NCBI GenBank assembly: GCA_964648855.1
Contig: CAZYLT010000040.1
Location: forward strand, 1-10,171
DNA from: an uncultured archaeon
Lineage (GTDB): Archaea > Asgardarchaeota > Thorarchaeia > Thorarchaeales > Thorarchaeaceae
DNA: 10,171 nt
Reading direction: 5' to 3'
Shown here: positions 1 through 7,029 of the stretch, piece by piece
How positions within the stretch are numbered: position 1 is the stretch's first letter
How the letters are laid out: the number at the start of each line of letters is the position of its first letter
Notes under the pieces: generated by a model
Told to the model about the DNA's origin: nothing
Databases searched by the model: none
Seen by the model: only the letters and a program-made list of their open reading frames with translations
Position numbers and translations under genes: made by a program

Positions 1-219
1 GGTAGGCAGTTGGGCTGGGGCGGCACAGGGCTGACAGGAGATCAGCCCTGACCAATGCTGAGCTCAGAGGCGATGGAAACGTCTCGTTGAAATCAAGGGT
101 ATAAGCTCGGCTGACGGGTTCCCGAACAGCAACGGAACCCGAGACGAAAGTCTGGCCTAGCGAACTCTTACTAGCCAATTGTGAGCGGTAGGAATGACAA
201 AAAACTTACCCCAGGGGTA
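1..219 (+). rRNA. rrl: 23S rRNA, domain V, exon upstream of the intron (5'-truncated by the window)
   Basis: P-loop region GGCTGGGGCGGCAC (about 13-26), TCAAGGGTATAAGC, and TTACCCCAGGGGTA, which matches the conserved UACCCCAGGGAUAAC leading to A2451 (E. coli numbering). The variants are archaeal-type. Confidence 0.97.
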
Positions 220-958
220 ATCTTTAGCCGGTCGCTGAAAAGCGAGGACAATAAATGCAAATTTGCCAACAAATGAGTGGAGAAAATGGAACGCTGGAAC
301 TTACGAGATGATGAGGACCTCAATGAGGTATCAAGACCTCTTGAAGACCTCAGTCTACGATTCGCCAGCGAAAACGTTGCCTATCTCGCAGGTATATCTG
401 AGGATGCCCACCTCGGTAAAGGTGGAAAGGAAGGATACGTCTTTGATATCGAATCCAAATCAGAACGATGGCTTACTGACATCGTTATGCCTGCGCTCAA
501 ACTTGAGTTTCCTAAGGAAAAGAAGGTTACAGTCAAAAAGCGTGGAACCAGACCTGAGTATCGTATTCAGGTGTGGGATAAACATCTCGTTGAGACTCTC
601 CGAGTCATATCTGAGAGACCCGAGATAATACGATTATGGGGTGTCAAAGAACAACGAGCATGGGTGTGCGGTCTTGCTGATGCAGAAGGCTCAGCAACTC
701 GTAACACCGACAACCAACCACAATTCAGTATCTATAATCAAAGCCTGAAGAAACTTAGAATAGCAGGCGAGATCCTTGAAAGAGATGGTATCCACTTTGG
801 CCTCTACCTACCTAAAGGTAGAGACGTGTGGCAGATGTATCTAACAGGACGCGAGAATCTAAAGCGTTTCTTGGATGTGGAAGCTGGGGTGAGACATCCC
901 GAGAAGCGTTCACGCTTACTGCAATACCTCGCTGAGTAACGCCGACTAAGGACCCTAA
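220..958 (+). other. Archaeal bulge-helix-bulge (BHB/BHL) rRNA intron, 739 nt, between A2450 and A2451 (E. coli numbering)
   Basis: Intron ends pair: TCTTTAGCCGG 221-231 with CCGACTAAGGA 942-952. The central 4-bp helix is GGGG 214-217 / CCCT 953-956, with 3-nt bulges TAA 218-220 and AAA 957-959. Cutting after the second base of each bulge regenerates GGGGUAACAGAG. There is an internal GAAA tetraloop hairpin TCGCT-GAAA-AGCGA at 232-245. Confidence 0.9.
277..939 (+). CDS. Intron-encoded two-motif LAGLIDADG homing endonuclease (alternative ATG start at 286)
   Basis: The ORF lies wholly inside the intron. It has motifs AYLAGISEDAH (degenerate) and AWVCGLADAEGS about 100 aa apart, plus a typical C-terminal 'HPEKRSRL' segment. 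Confidence 0.92.
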   Translation: MEKMERWNLRDDEDLNEVSRPLEDLSLRFASENVAYLAGISEDAHLGKGGKEGYVFDIESKSERWLTDIVMPALKLEFPKEKKVTVKKRGTRPEYRIQVWDKHLVETLRVISERPEIIRLWGVKEQRAWVCGLADAEGSATRNTDNQPQFSIYNQSLKKLRIAGEILERDGIHFGLYLPKGRDVWQMYLTGRENLKRFLDVEAGVRHPEKRSRLLQYLAE

Positions 959-1452
959 ACAGAGTTGTCGCGGGCAAGAGTTCATATCGACCCCGCGGCT
1001 TGCTTCCTCGATGTCGGCTCTTGGTATCCTGGCGTTGCATAAAGCGCCAAGGGTGCGGGTGCTCACCGATTAAAACCGAACGTGAGCTGGGTTTAGACCG
1101 TTGCGAGACAGGTTGGTTTCTCTCTATTGGGACTGTCGGATGTCTGTCGCTAAGATGATACCGGTACGAGAGGAACGTATTGTCGCGGCCAATGGTGTAC
1201 CATTTGTCCGAGAGGGCACTGATGGGTAGCTAAGCCGTAACGGATAACAGCTGAATGCATCTAAGCTGGAAGCCGGAGCATAAACGAGACATCCACTTTA
1301 CAGACTCCCTTAATTGGGCGACGGGGTCGGCGACGACAACGTTGCGTCTGGAAAACGAGGACTCATCTAGAAGAGATGGTTAATAGGGCAGGGGTGTAAG
1401 CTTCGAGGTTCGCCGAGAAGTTCAGCTCACTGCTACTAATGTCCGAGGCTAG
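959..1452 (+). rRNA. rrl: 23S rRNA, 3' exon (rest of domain V and domain VI); 3' end approximate
   Basis: Contains CATATCGAC, CCTCGATGTCGGCTC, GTGAGCTGGGTTTAGACCGT, the sarcin-ricin loop GTACGAGAGGAAC (about 1164-1176), GCTGAATGCATCTAAG and the terminal GTGTAAGC...TACTAAT...GAGGCT. Confidence 0.96.
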
Positions 1453-1556
1453 CAGATCGAAAGTGCAGCTCGCACGTACCTAGAGTTGCGAGTGCGACAA
1501 GGATTGTAGTAAGTGTATATGCTCAGAGAATGCCTTCATCCAATGTAGCTATTTTT
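1393..1556 (+). repeat. Direct repeat copy 1: last ~60 nt of 23S plus ~100-nt structured 3' trailer (resident copy)
   Basis: 1396-1493 is identical to 7033-7130. 1453-1555 aligns with 3354-3455. Confidence 0.95.
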
Positions 1557-1560
1557 AGTT
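1548..1560 (+). terminator. Probable oligo-T terminator of the rRNA transcript
   Basis: GCTATTTTT sits at the end of the structured trailer, where similarity among the three repeat copies ends. It is retained at 7187-7195. Confidence 0.45.
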
Positions 1561-1854
1561 CATTCTAGCATATGACAGCTGGTTTGATATAGCACCTACC
1601 ATCCCGATGACTTCTTTGCTTCTGATGCTCTCCAAAAGCTATACCATCAAATGTCCGACTGTGAAGTGGAGAGCAGAATAATTGACCTCTTATTGGCTAT
1701 CATTCCTATCTTCTAAAAAATTAATTTATGATTGAATCTCTAATGGTGAATATTGCCTTAATATCCGAGTTTCATCCATTCTAGTTAATTCTAATCTTAT
1801 CCTACGCCTATATATGCGTCCTCTATCCATAATAGAACTAGTGTGGGAGAATAA

Positions 1855-2733
1855 TTGAGTATTAGTTTAACGAAATCTAAAAGAGTTCTACTACTAGCTA
1901 TTTTACCCCTGCTATTTATGGCATTTATAGCACCGATACCGAGCGCCAAGACCAGTGCCCAAACACAGTCTTTCAATACAACACGAAACAAACTACTAAG
2001 ACCTAGGATAGGTTCTTTTGACGCTACACGTAGCTTCGATTATCAAGAGAATCATGCTAAAATCACAATTTCCGGAAATGTATCGCTAGATAACGACAAG
2101 AACATTGCAAATTATAAACAGAAAATAGTTATCCGTGATAGCGCGAGTAATAAAAGTGTGAATGAAGTAAGAGAGGTCAGTAGGTCTATTCCGGTCATAT
2201 CTATGGATTTTGAGAGCACAACATCATCCAATAGTATGGTGCCAGCGCTTGACGACTATGGGACTTTTGTTTACTTCACATGGCATGGCATAACTCATAT
2301 GATTCGCACCTATGGAAACAGTCAACAGTGGGTCAAATACGAACATCCTGATAATTACTATACTTATCATCCTCAACAGTGGAATCTCCAATGGGATCAA
2401 TCTGTTGGAAATGGATACGGGATGATTCACCATTCACAATCAACAGTGTATCAAGCCATCCAAGCTAACAGCATTTGGGTTGTAGCGATGGCAATCGCAG
2501 ATGCTGCAATTGGTATGTACTTGCTTACCTTGGCAGCTATAACACTTGCAGCATGGATAGTCGCAGGTCTTCTTGCTATCCTCACTGTCTACTTTGTTGC
2601 GGTAGGTTGGTGGCTGGAACATGTTCTTAAGGCCGAACAAGATGACGGATGGCCATATACATATTGGAATGGCGTGTTTCTACAGGCATCATATGGTGGC
2701 TGGAAGGATCTCTGGATATATTCATGGGGATGA
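1855..2733 (+). CDS. Secreted or membrane protein of unknown function: signal peptide, soluble region, C-terminal hydrophobic helices (candidate archaeocin-like protein)
   Basis: 292-aa ORF with a TTG start after GGGAG. It has a KSKR + hydrophobic N-terminus and an Ala/Leu-rich hydrophobic stretch of about 45 aa followed by a Trp/Tyr/Gly-rich tail. Confidence 0.8.
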   Translation: MSISLTKSKRVLLLAILPLLFMAFIAPIPSAKTSAQTQSFNTTRNKLLRPRIGSFDATRSFDYQENHAKITISGNVSLDNDKNIANYKQKIVIRDSASNKSVNEVREVSRSIPVISMDFESTTSSNSMVPALDDYGTFVYFTWHGITHMIRTYGNSQQWVKYEHPDNYYTYHPQQWNLQWDQSVGNGYGMIHHSQSTVYQAIQANSIWVVAMAIADAAIGMYLLTLAAITLAAWIVAGLLAILTVYFVAVGWWLEHVLKAEQDDGWPYTYWNGVFLQASYGGWKDLWIYSWG

Positions 2734-3281
2734 ATGATATGGATTCGAAAAGCCTCAAGCTGGATTCAATCGAGGGAAATTATTTGCTCTCTATACGCTT
2801 CTTACCATTCACCATTCTGGACATAGCATTAGCTGTGGTTAGCACGCTTGGGATCACATTAGCTTGGATCCAAAGGCCTTCTTCTACCTGGATCTATGAA
2901 ATCAGTACTATGGACGCCGTCATCCTGTATGTTATCTTGGCATTCCTCGGCTTCTCGGTGGGAGTTTATTTACTGCGTAGATTCGAAAAGAAGTTTATCA
3001 AGAAAGAAGCAGTTCGTGTTTCTATTCCCTACATGATACTTGTACTGAGCCCCCCATTCTCTGTGGTATCGGTAGTCTTGGGCTTTGCGGTCAATACTGC
3101 TCTTGGCGGATTTGGTGGGCTTGCATGGAGCTATTTGTTCTATGGACCGGGATTAGGACTCTTACTCGCTCGATTTCTTTACTTCATTCATAGGTCACGG
3201 CTTTGGACGTTCAGACCCATCCCCAATGAGGAACCGGAAGCTTTTCCGAATGTCAAGCAATACATTGTTTCAAAACGGTAA
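2730..3281 (+). CDS. Integral membrane protein, about 4 TM helices (183 aa from the ATG at 2730), translationally coupled to the upstream gene
   Basis: The ATG at 2730 overlaps the upstream TGA (ATGA) and is in frame with the listed 2649..3281 ORF. There are four hydrophobic segments separated by a basic loop (RRFEKKFIKKE). Confidence 0.8.
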   Translation: MNDMDSKSLKLDSIEGNYLLSIRFLPFTILDIALAVVSTLGITLAWIQRPSSTWIYEISTMDAVILYVILAFLGFSVGVYLLRRFEKKFIKKEAVRVSIPYMILVLSPPFSVVSVVLGFAVNTALGGFGGLAWSYLFYGPGLGLLLARFLYFIHRSRLWTFRPIPNEEPEAFPNVKQYIVSKR

Positions 3282-3353
3282 ATTCGTTCGATGTCTAGAC
3301 AATTCAATATAATGCATATCTAGTTGTTTGGCTACTATAGAGAAGCAGTACAA

Positions 3354-3455
3354 CAGATTGAAAGTGCAGCTCGCACGTACCTAGAGTTGCGGGCGCAGCA
3401 AGGATTGTAGAACGTGTATATGGTCAAGAACTGCCTTCATCCGATGCAGCTATTT
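3354..3455 (+). repeat. Direct repeat copy 2: diverged copy of the 23S 3' trailer
   Basis: CAGATTGAAAGTGCAGCTCGCACGTACCTAGAGTTGCG...CAAGGATTGTAG...GTGTATATG...TGCCTTCATCC...AGCTATTT aligns with 1453-1555 and 7090-7194. Confidence 0.93.
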
Positions 3456-3539
3456 ATTCATACAATATTAGTTCAACCAAGAACTGGGGATTCTCTATTA
3501 GATTAGAATGTTTGTACATGAGTGGTTGGTGCGCACATA

Positions 3540-4031
3540 TTACATGAAGCGCTTTACAATTTCTCTTATCTCAGGGTAGGACAAAATGAGCGCTACACTC
3601 ATCAGGACAAACCCCATTGAGATGACCCTCGGATGTGGTGTCGCTCGGTACACGTTAATATTCACCCAAGATTCTGATGGGCTGATATTCGATTGGGTAA
3701 CGACGAGGAAGTAGGCTTTGTCGCTAGGTAGATCGATAACGCCTTGGTAGTTGCTTGTGTTCTCTATAGATACAATAGGGGATACATTCTCCATAGAGTA
3801 TTCTCTGAACAACTTCATTCCGCTTTCATTATCAAACAGGTAGAGAGAGAAAGTACTCTCAGTCAGAGACTGTGCGTTCACAAGGATATCACCGCTGTTC
3901 ATGACTATCATACCGCTGAACTCACCATCCTTATTTGTGAAGTCGTTCCCTCCTATTCTACTGGGGGCAAATGAAAATAGGAGAAGGAGAACTCCAATGA
4001 ATAAGAGTGGTTTTGAAAGGCGTTTCCGCAT
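3540..4031 (-). CDS. Membrane protein with N- and C-terminal TM helices and an extracellular beta-rich domain (163 aa)
   Basis: Likely ATG at 4031 (MRKRLSKPLLFIG...) after an SD-like GGGGTG, just downstream of the permease stop codon. Both termini are hydrophobic. Confidence 0.78.
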   Translation of the reverse strand: MRKRLSKPLLFIGVLLLLFSFAPSRIGGNDFTNKDGEFSGMIVMNSGDILVNAQSLTESTFSLYLFDNESGMKLFREYSMENVSPIVSIENTSNYQGVIDLPSDKAYFLVVTQSNISPSESWVNINVYRATPHPRVISMGFVLMSVALILSYPEIREIVKRFM

Positions 4032-4036
4032 TTTGT

Positions 4037-4834
4037 TCACACCCCTGTTCGCCGGAATACTGCATAACTGGCCGCCATTAGCAAAACGACGAGGATACAT
4101 GACATGCCCATAGCCATTATGATATCTATAAGCGTGATATCTATAGAAACGTATACCCATATTGGACCAGTACCAATGTACTTGCCAATCACTCCTGGTA
4201 GAAATAGAATCATTTTCATGAGTGGCGGTGCATTAAGCCAAGTGAAAAGAAAGAAAGAGCCAAACATGATAGCAATAGAACCAAATGAGGTCGCCAATGA
4301 ATTCCTAGTAATACCACCAACCAAGAAAGCAATAGCTGTCGTTAAAGAAATATGCACCCAAAGCGAAACTAAAACAATAACAGCAGATGCTAAACCATAG
4401 ACGAGAGGGACAAAGAAAAACACACTAGATATACATCCCATAACAGCCGCCATCCCCACCCAGAATACTACATTCATGTACTTCAATAGAAAAAGGTCAC
4501 CTCTCTTAATCGGAAAAGAGAGCAGCGTCCGAAATAACCCACTATCATATCCCCCTGCAAATGTGAAGCCAACAACAAGTGGAACGATAATCATCAAAGG
4601 AAAGATGAAATTTGCCGCTGAAGTCACTAAGACTGAGATACCCATGTCTTTTATGGCATTAGAGATCAACTCTAGTCTACCTATATCTGGACCTGAAATT
4701 GTGATGTTTCTGGACGAGTGTGTCAAGGCCGAATACATGCCTGCAACAAGAAATGTTCCTATTATGGCAGCAATTGCCGGAAATGAAAACTTGCTCTCCA
4801 TCTCAAATTGAATGACACTCTTCTTTTTAGTCAT
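4037..4834 (-). CDS. ABC-2 type transporter permease
   Basis: About 6 TM segments and the motif 'YDSGLFRTLLSFPIKRGDLFLLKY', typical of ABC-2/NosY-like permeases. It overlaps the ATPase gene. Confidence 0.9.
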   Translation of the reverse strand: MTKKKSVIQFEMESKFSFPAIAAIIGTFLVAGMYSALTHSSRNITISGPDIGRLELISNAIKDMGISVLVTSAANFIFPLMIIVPLVVGFTFAGGYDSGLFRTLLSFPIKRGDLFLLKYMNVVFWVGMAAVMGCISSVFFFVPLVYGLASAVIVLVSLWVHISLTTAIAFLVGGITRNSLATSFGSIAIMFGSFFLFTWLNAPPLMKMILFLPGVIGKYIGTGPIWVYVSIDITLIDIIMAMGMSCILVVLLMAASYAVFRRTGV

Positions 4835-5774
4835 GTTCTGTTTGAGCTCCTATCACCTTTCGATATACTTCTTCAAGACTTCTGCTTGGTTCAATCTTGT
4901 ATATCTCAATATCTTGTTGGACCGCAATATCTCTAACCAATGATTCGATGTCTCCTTCCAAATCAGAATGCCCTTCTACTACCAAACTGGCAACTCCAAG
5001 AACCAGCGTTTCCTCAATGTTTGCATTCTCTTTTAGGTGCTTGGAGAGCTGGTGAGCGTCAGAAGTTATTATTTGATACCGATTTCGAGTGTGCTTTGCT
5101 ATTAGCTTATCCACTGGTCCATAATCAAAGAGGCGTCCCTTCTTGATGAAGGCTACTGAATGACATGCGCGTTCTAGTTCAGATAAAATATGAGAGGAGA
5201 TTAAGAAAGAGATATCCTCCTCTTTGTGAAGTTTAACGATAAGACTCACAACTTCATCTCGTCCTCGAACATCGAGATGAGAAGTGGGTTCGTCAAGAAA
5301 AATGAGACGAGGATTTCCTACGAGGGTTTGAGCGAATCCGAGCCGCTGATACATTCCAGCAGAAAGATGTCGAATCTGTTTATCGGCTGCATGCAAAATA
5401 CCCACCCTTGATAGTATTTCATATATGTCGCTATCTGTACCATGGAATCTGTTTGCCGCTTTCAAAAAGGCAGATGGAGTCATAGAGGGCGGAAAATAGG
5501 CCTTCTCATGCAAAACTCTTACTCGCCTGCGTACCTCTATGGATTCAGTAACAACATTATGACCCAAGACCCTTGCGATACCTCCATCAGGTCTAAGTAG
5601 GCCTAACAATGTTCTGATGAGAGTTGTCTTTCCTGCGCCATTCGGTCCAATCAGACCAGTAACACCCGACTCTATATTCAGTGTCAGTCTATCCAATGCT
5701 TGCAAATTACCATATGATTTTCGTAGCTCTCTTATGGATATTACAAACTCTGGTACTGTCATACTCTCATCCAC
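4827..5774 (-). CDS. ABC transporter ATP-binding protein (exporter type)
   Basis: Walker A GPNGAGKTT, signature LSAGMYQR, Walker B IFLDEPT, H-loop SSHILSELE. Confidence 0.96.
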   Translation of the reverse strand: MDESMTVPEFVISIRELRKSYGNLQALDRLTLNIESGVTGLIGPNGAGKTTLIRTLLGLLRPDGGIARVLGHNVVTESIEVRRRVRVLHEKAYFPPSMTPSAFLKAANRFHGTDSDIYEILSRVGILHAADKQIRHLSAGMYQRLGFAQTLVGNPRLIFLDEPTSHLDVRGRDEVVSLIVKLHKEEDISFLISSHILSELERACHSVAFIKKGRLFDYGPVDKLIAKHTRNRYQIITSDAHQLSKHLKENANIEETLVLGVASLVVEGHSDLEGDIESLVRDIAVQQDIEIYKIEPSRSLEEVYRKVIGAQTEHD

Positions 5775-5849
5775 GTATGAATTCGCTTTGACTGGTATTT
5801 CTTCTAAGGGGTTGTTTTACCAGATACTACTGACAAGTCTGTTTCACCA

Positions 5850-6326
5850 TTAATAATCAGCTATGACATACGGGGTATCATCAAAGGTCCAGGTATGAAC
5901 TGTGTTATCGCCATCATCAAGGCAATCAACAAATCGAAGTTCCAGCGTAGAACATGTTGCATCGGTAATTAGCCAGTCCAGGTCACTACTCCAAATATCG
6001 AAATACGCGATATCAGTCCACGTAGTTTGTGTACCCCATCGATATTGTGCCAGTAGGCTCTCCGCATTGGGCCAGCCAGGAGAAACCCCTACGAAGTCTA
6101 TATGAATGTAGTAATCGTCACCATCGGTTCGAATTCCTGAATAATAGAATTTGAACTTACAACGATAATCATCGTCAACATTCTCTTCAGTCGCCTTGTA
6201 TTGACCTGATTGTTCGGTCCAAGAACCCCATGTTACACTTGGTTCGTCATCGTTATAGGTTGACCTGCCTGCCATAACAGGACCCACAGAACCAAGTATT
6301 ATCACAGCTGCTACAAAAATGGGCAT
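5850..6326 (-). CDS. Small acidic secreted protein of unknown function (ORF can extend to a GTG at 6359)
   Basis: ATG at 6326 is preceded by AGAGGAG. A signal-peptide-like PIFVAAVIILGSVGPVMA is followed by an Asp/Trp/Tyr/Thr-rich, beta-like mature domain. Confidence 0.75.
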   Translation of the reverse strand: MPIFVAAVIILGSVGPVMAGRSTYNDDEPSVTWGSWTEQSGQYKATEENVDDDYRCKFKFYYSGIRTDGDDYYIHIDFVGVSPGWPNAESLLAQYRWGTQTTWTDIAYFDIWSSDLDWLITDATCSTLELRFVDCLDDGDNTVHTWTFDDTPYVIADY

Positions 6327-6579
6327 TATGTTACTCCTCTTACCCAAGTGTAATCCCACCGACTAACAGAAGGGCAATGCCCCTCATTGGTAGGTAAATG
6401 GTACACCATTTCCAATAAATGTTTTGTATTTTCAAGTTGACTTCGATTAGACCTATCATTTTTATGGCTTCTTGAAAGTCATCGACAGTCACAAGAGATT
6501 TACATGAAACAGATAGGATACTATTTCAGAAACATACTGCAGAAACCCTTGCTTACTAGTATTTAGCCTACGATAGAGT

Positions 6580-7000
6580 CATCATTATTGAGCTTAAACA
6601 TTTACTCATAAACTAAAGGCAAAACTGGTGAATTGCATTGCCGTTCTCTAAAGATTTGTACAATTTCTAAGATCAGATAGGTTTCTAACATCCATCGTGC
6701 GATCATGGCTCCACTCTATGGAGGAAAATCATAGATGCTATAAGATTCATGCGAAATCGGCGGGGGCATAACCCCTTGTCGCTCTAAGCAATAGACCCCC
6801 CATTTGCCTCCCAGACTTGTCATGTTCACAGTGATTGTGGGAAACATATTGAGAGATGGTCACCAACAGAGAGAAAGGATGGAGAGGACTTTTGGTGTGA
6901 AGAGTGCGATGAATATTTCCACGCAGGCATCAATGCCGCTCGCAATTCCATTCATGTACAAGATAACCTATCCAGCACCATTCCTGAACGGAGGCCTTGA
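6580..7000 (+). pseudogene. tnpB: Decayed tnpB (RNA-guided RuvC nuclease, IS200/IS605/IS607 family), C-terminal portion; 5' boundary uncertain
   Basis: Manual translation across frameshifts: IAVL*-DL (about 6637-6658, RuvC-II-like, weak), WRKIIDAIRF...*AIDP, then SQTCHVHSDCGKH...FWCEECDEYFHAGINAARNS...RRP* (TGA 6998-7000). This matches the TnpB pattern DPxxTSQxCxxCG...FxCxxC...ADxNAAxNI, with the RuvC-III Asp changed to Gly. Confidence 0.8.
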
Positions 7001-7029
7001 AATCCAAGGTTGTGCTAATAACAATGAAC

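Larger units (their letters stand above)
1393..7029. mobile_element. Putative 5637-bp composite genomic island integrated at the 23S rRNA 3' end
   Basis: Bounded by direct repeats of the 23S 3' end, with an internal third repeat, accessory cargo and a tnpB remnant at the distal end. No integrase is visible. Confidence 0.55.

Noticed and set aside
219-958. Group I intron at the well-known L2449 site
   Set aside because: There is no terminal G before the 3' exon, too little non-ORF sequence for a ribozyme core, and BHB geometry explains the junction exactly.
263-1066. ORFs 263..628 (+), 804..1040 (-) and 812..1066 (-)
   Set aside because: They are shadow frames of the endonuclease gene and of rRNA sequence.
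1453-1556. 5S rRNA or tRNA downstream of 23S
   Set aside because: No 5S motifs or cloverleaf/T-loop are present. The segment is better explained as 3' trailer, and unlinked 5S is common in archaea.
1560-1850. Possible gene remnant and TATA-like promoter (TATATAT 1809-1815)
   Set aside because: Only short interrupted frames are present, and there are several AT-rich candidates without a clear BRE, so no site can be singled out.
3331-3353. Upstream extension of repeat copy 2 (GCTACTA matches 1432-1438)
   Set aside because: Only 7 nt match with roughly similar spacing. It could be a decayed 23S end but cannot be separated from chance.
3744-6105. Several plus-strand ORFs opposite the ABC operon, and similar antisense ORFs over other genes
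   Set aside because: They are antisense shadows of well-supported genes.
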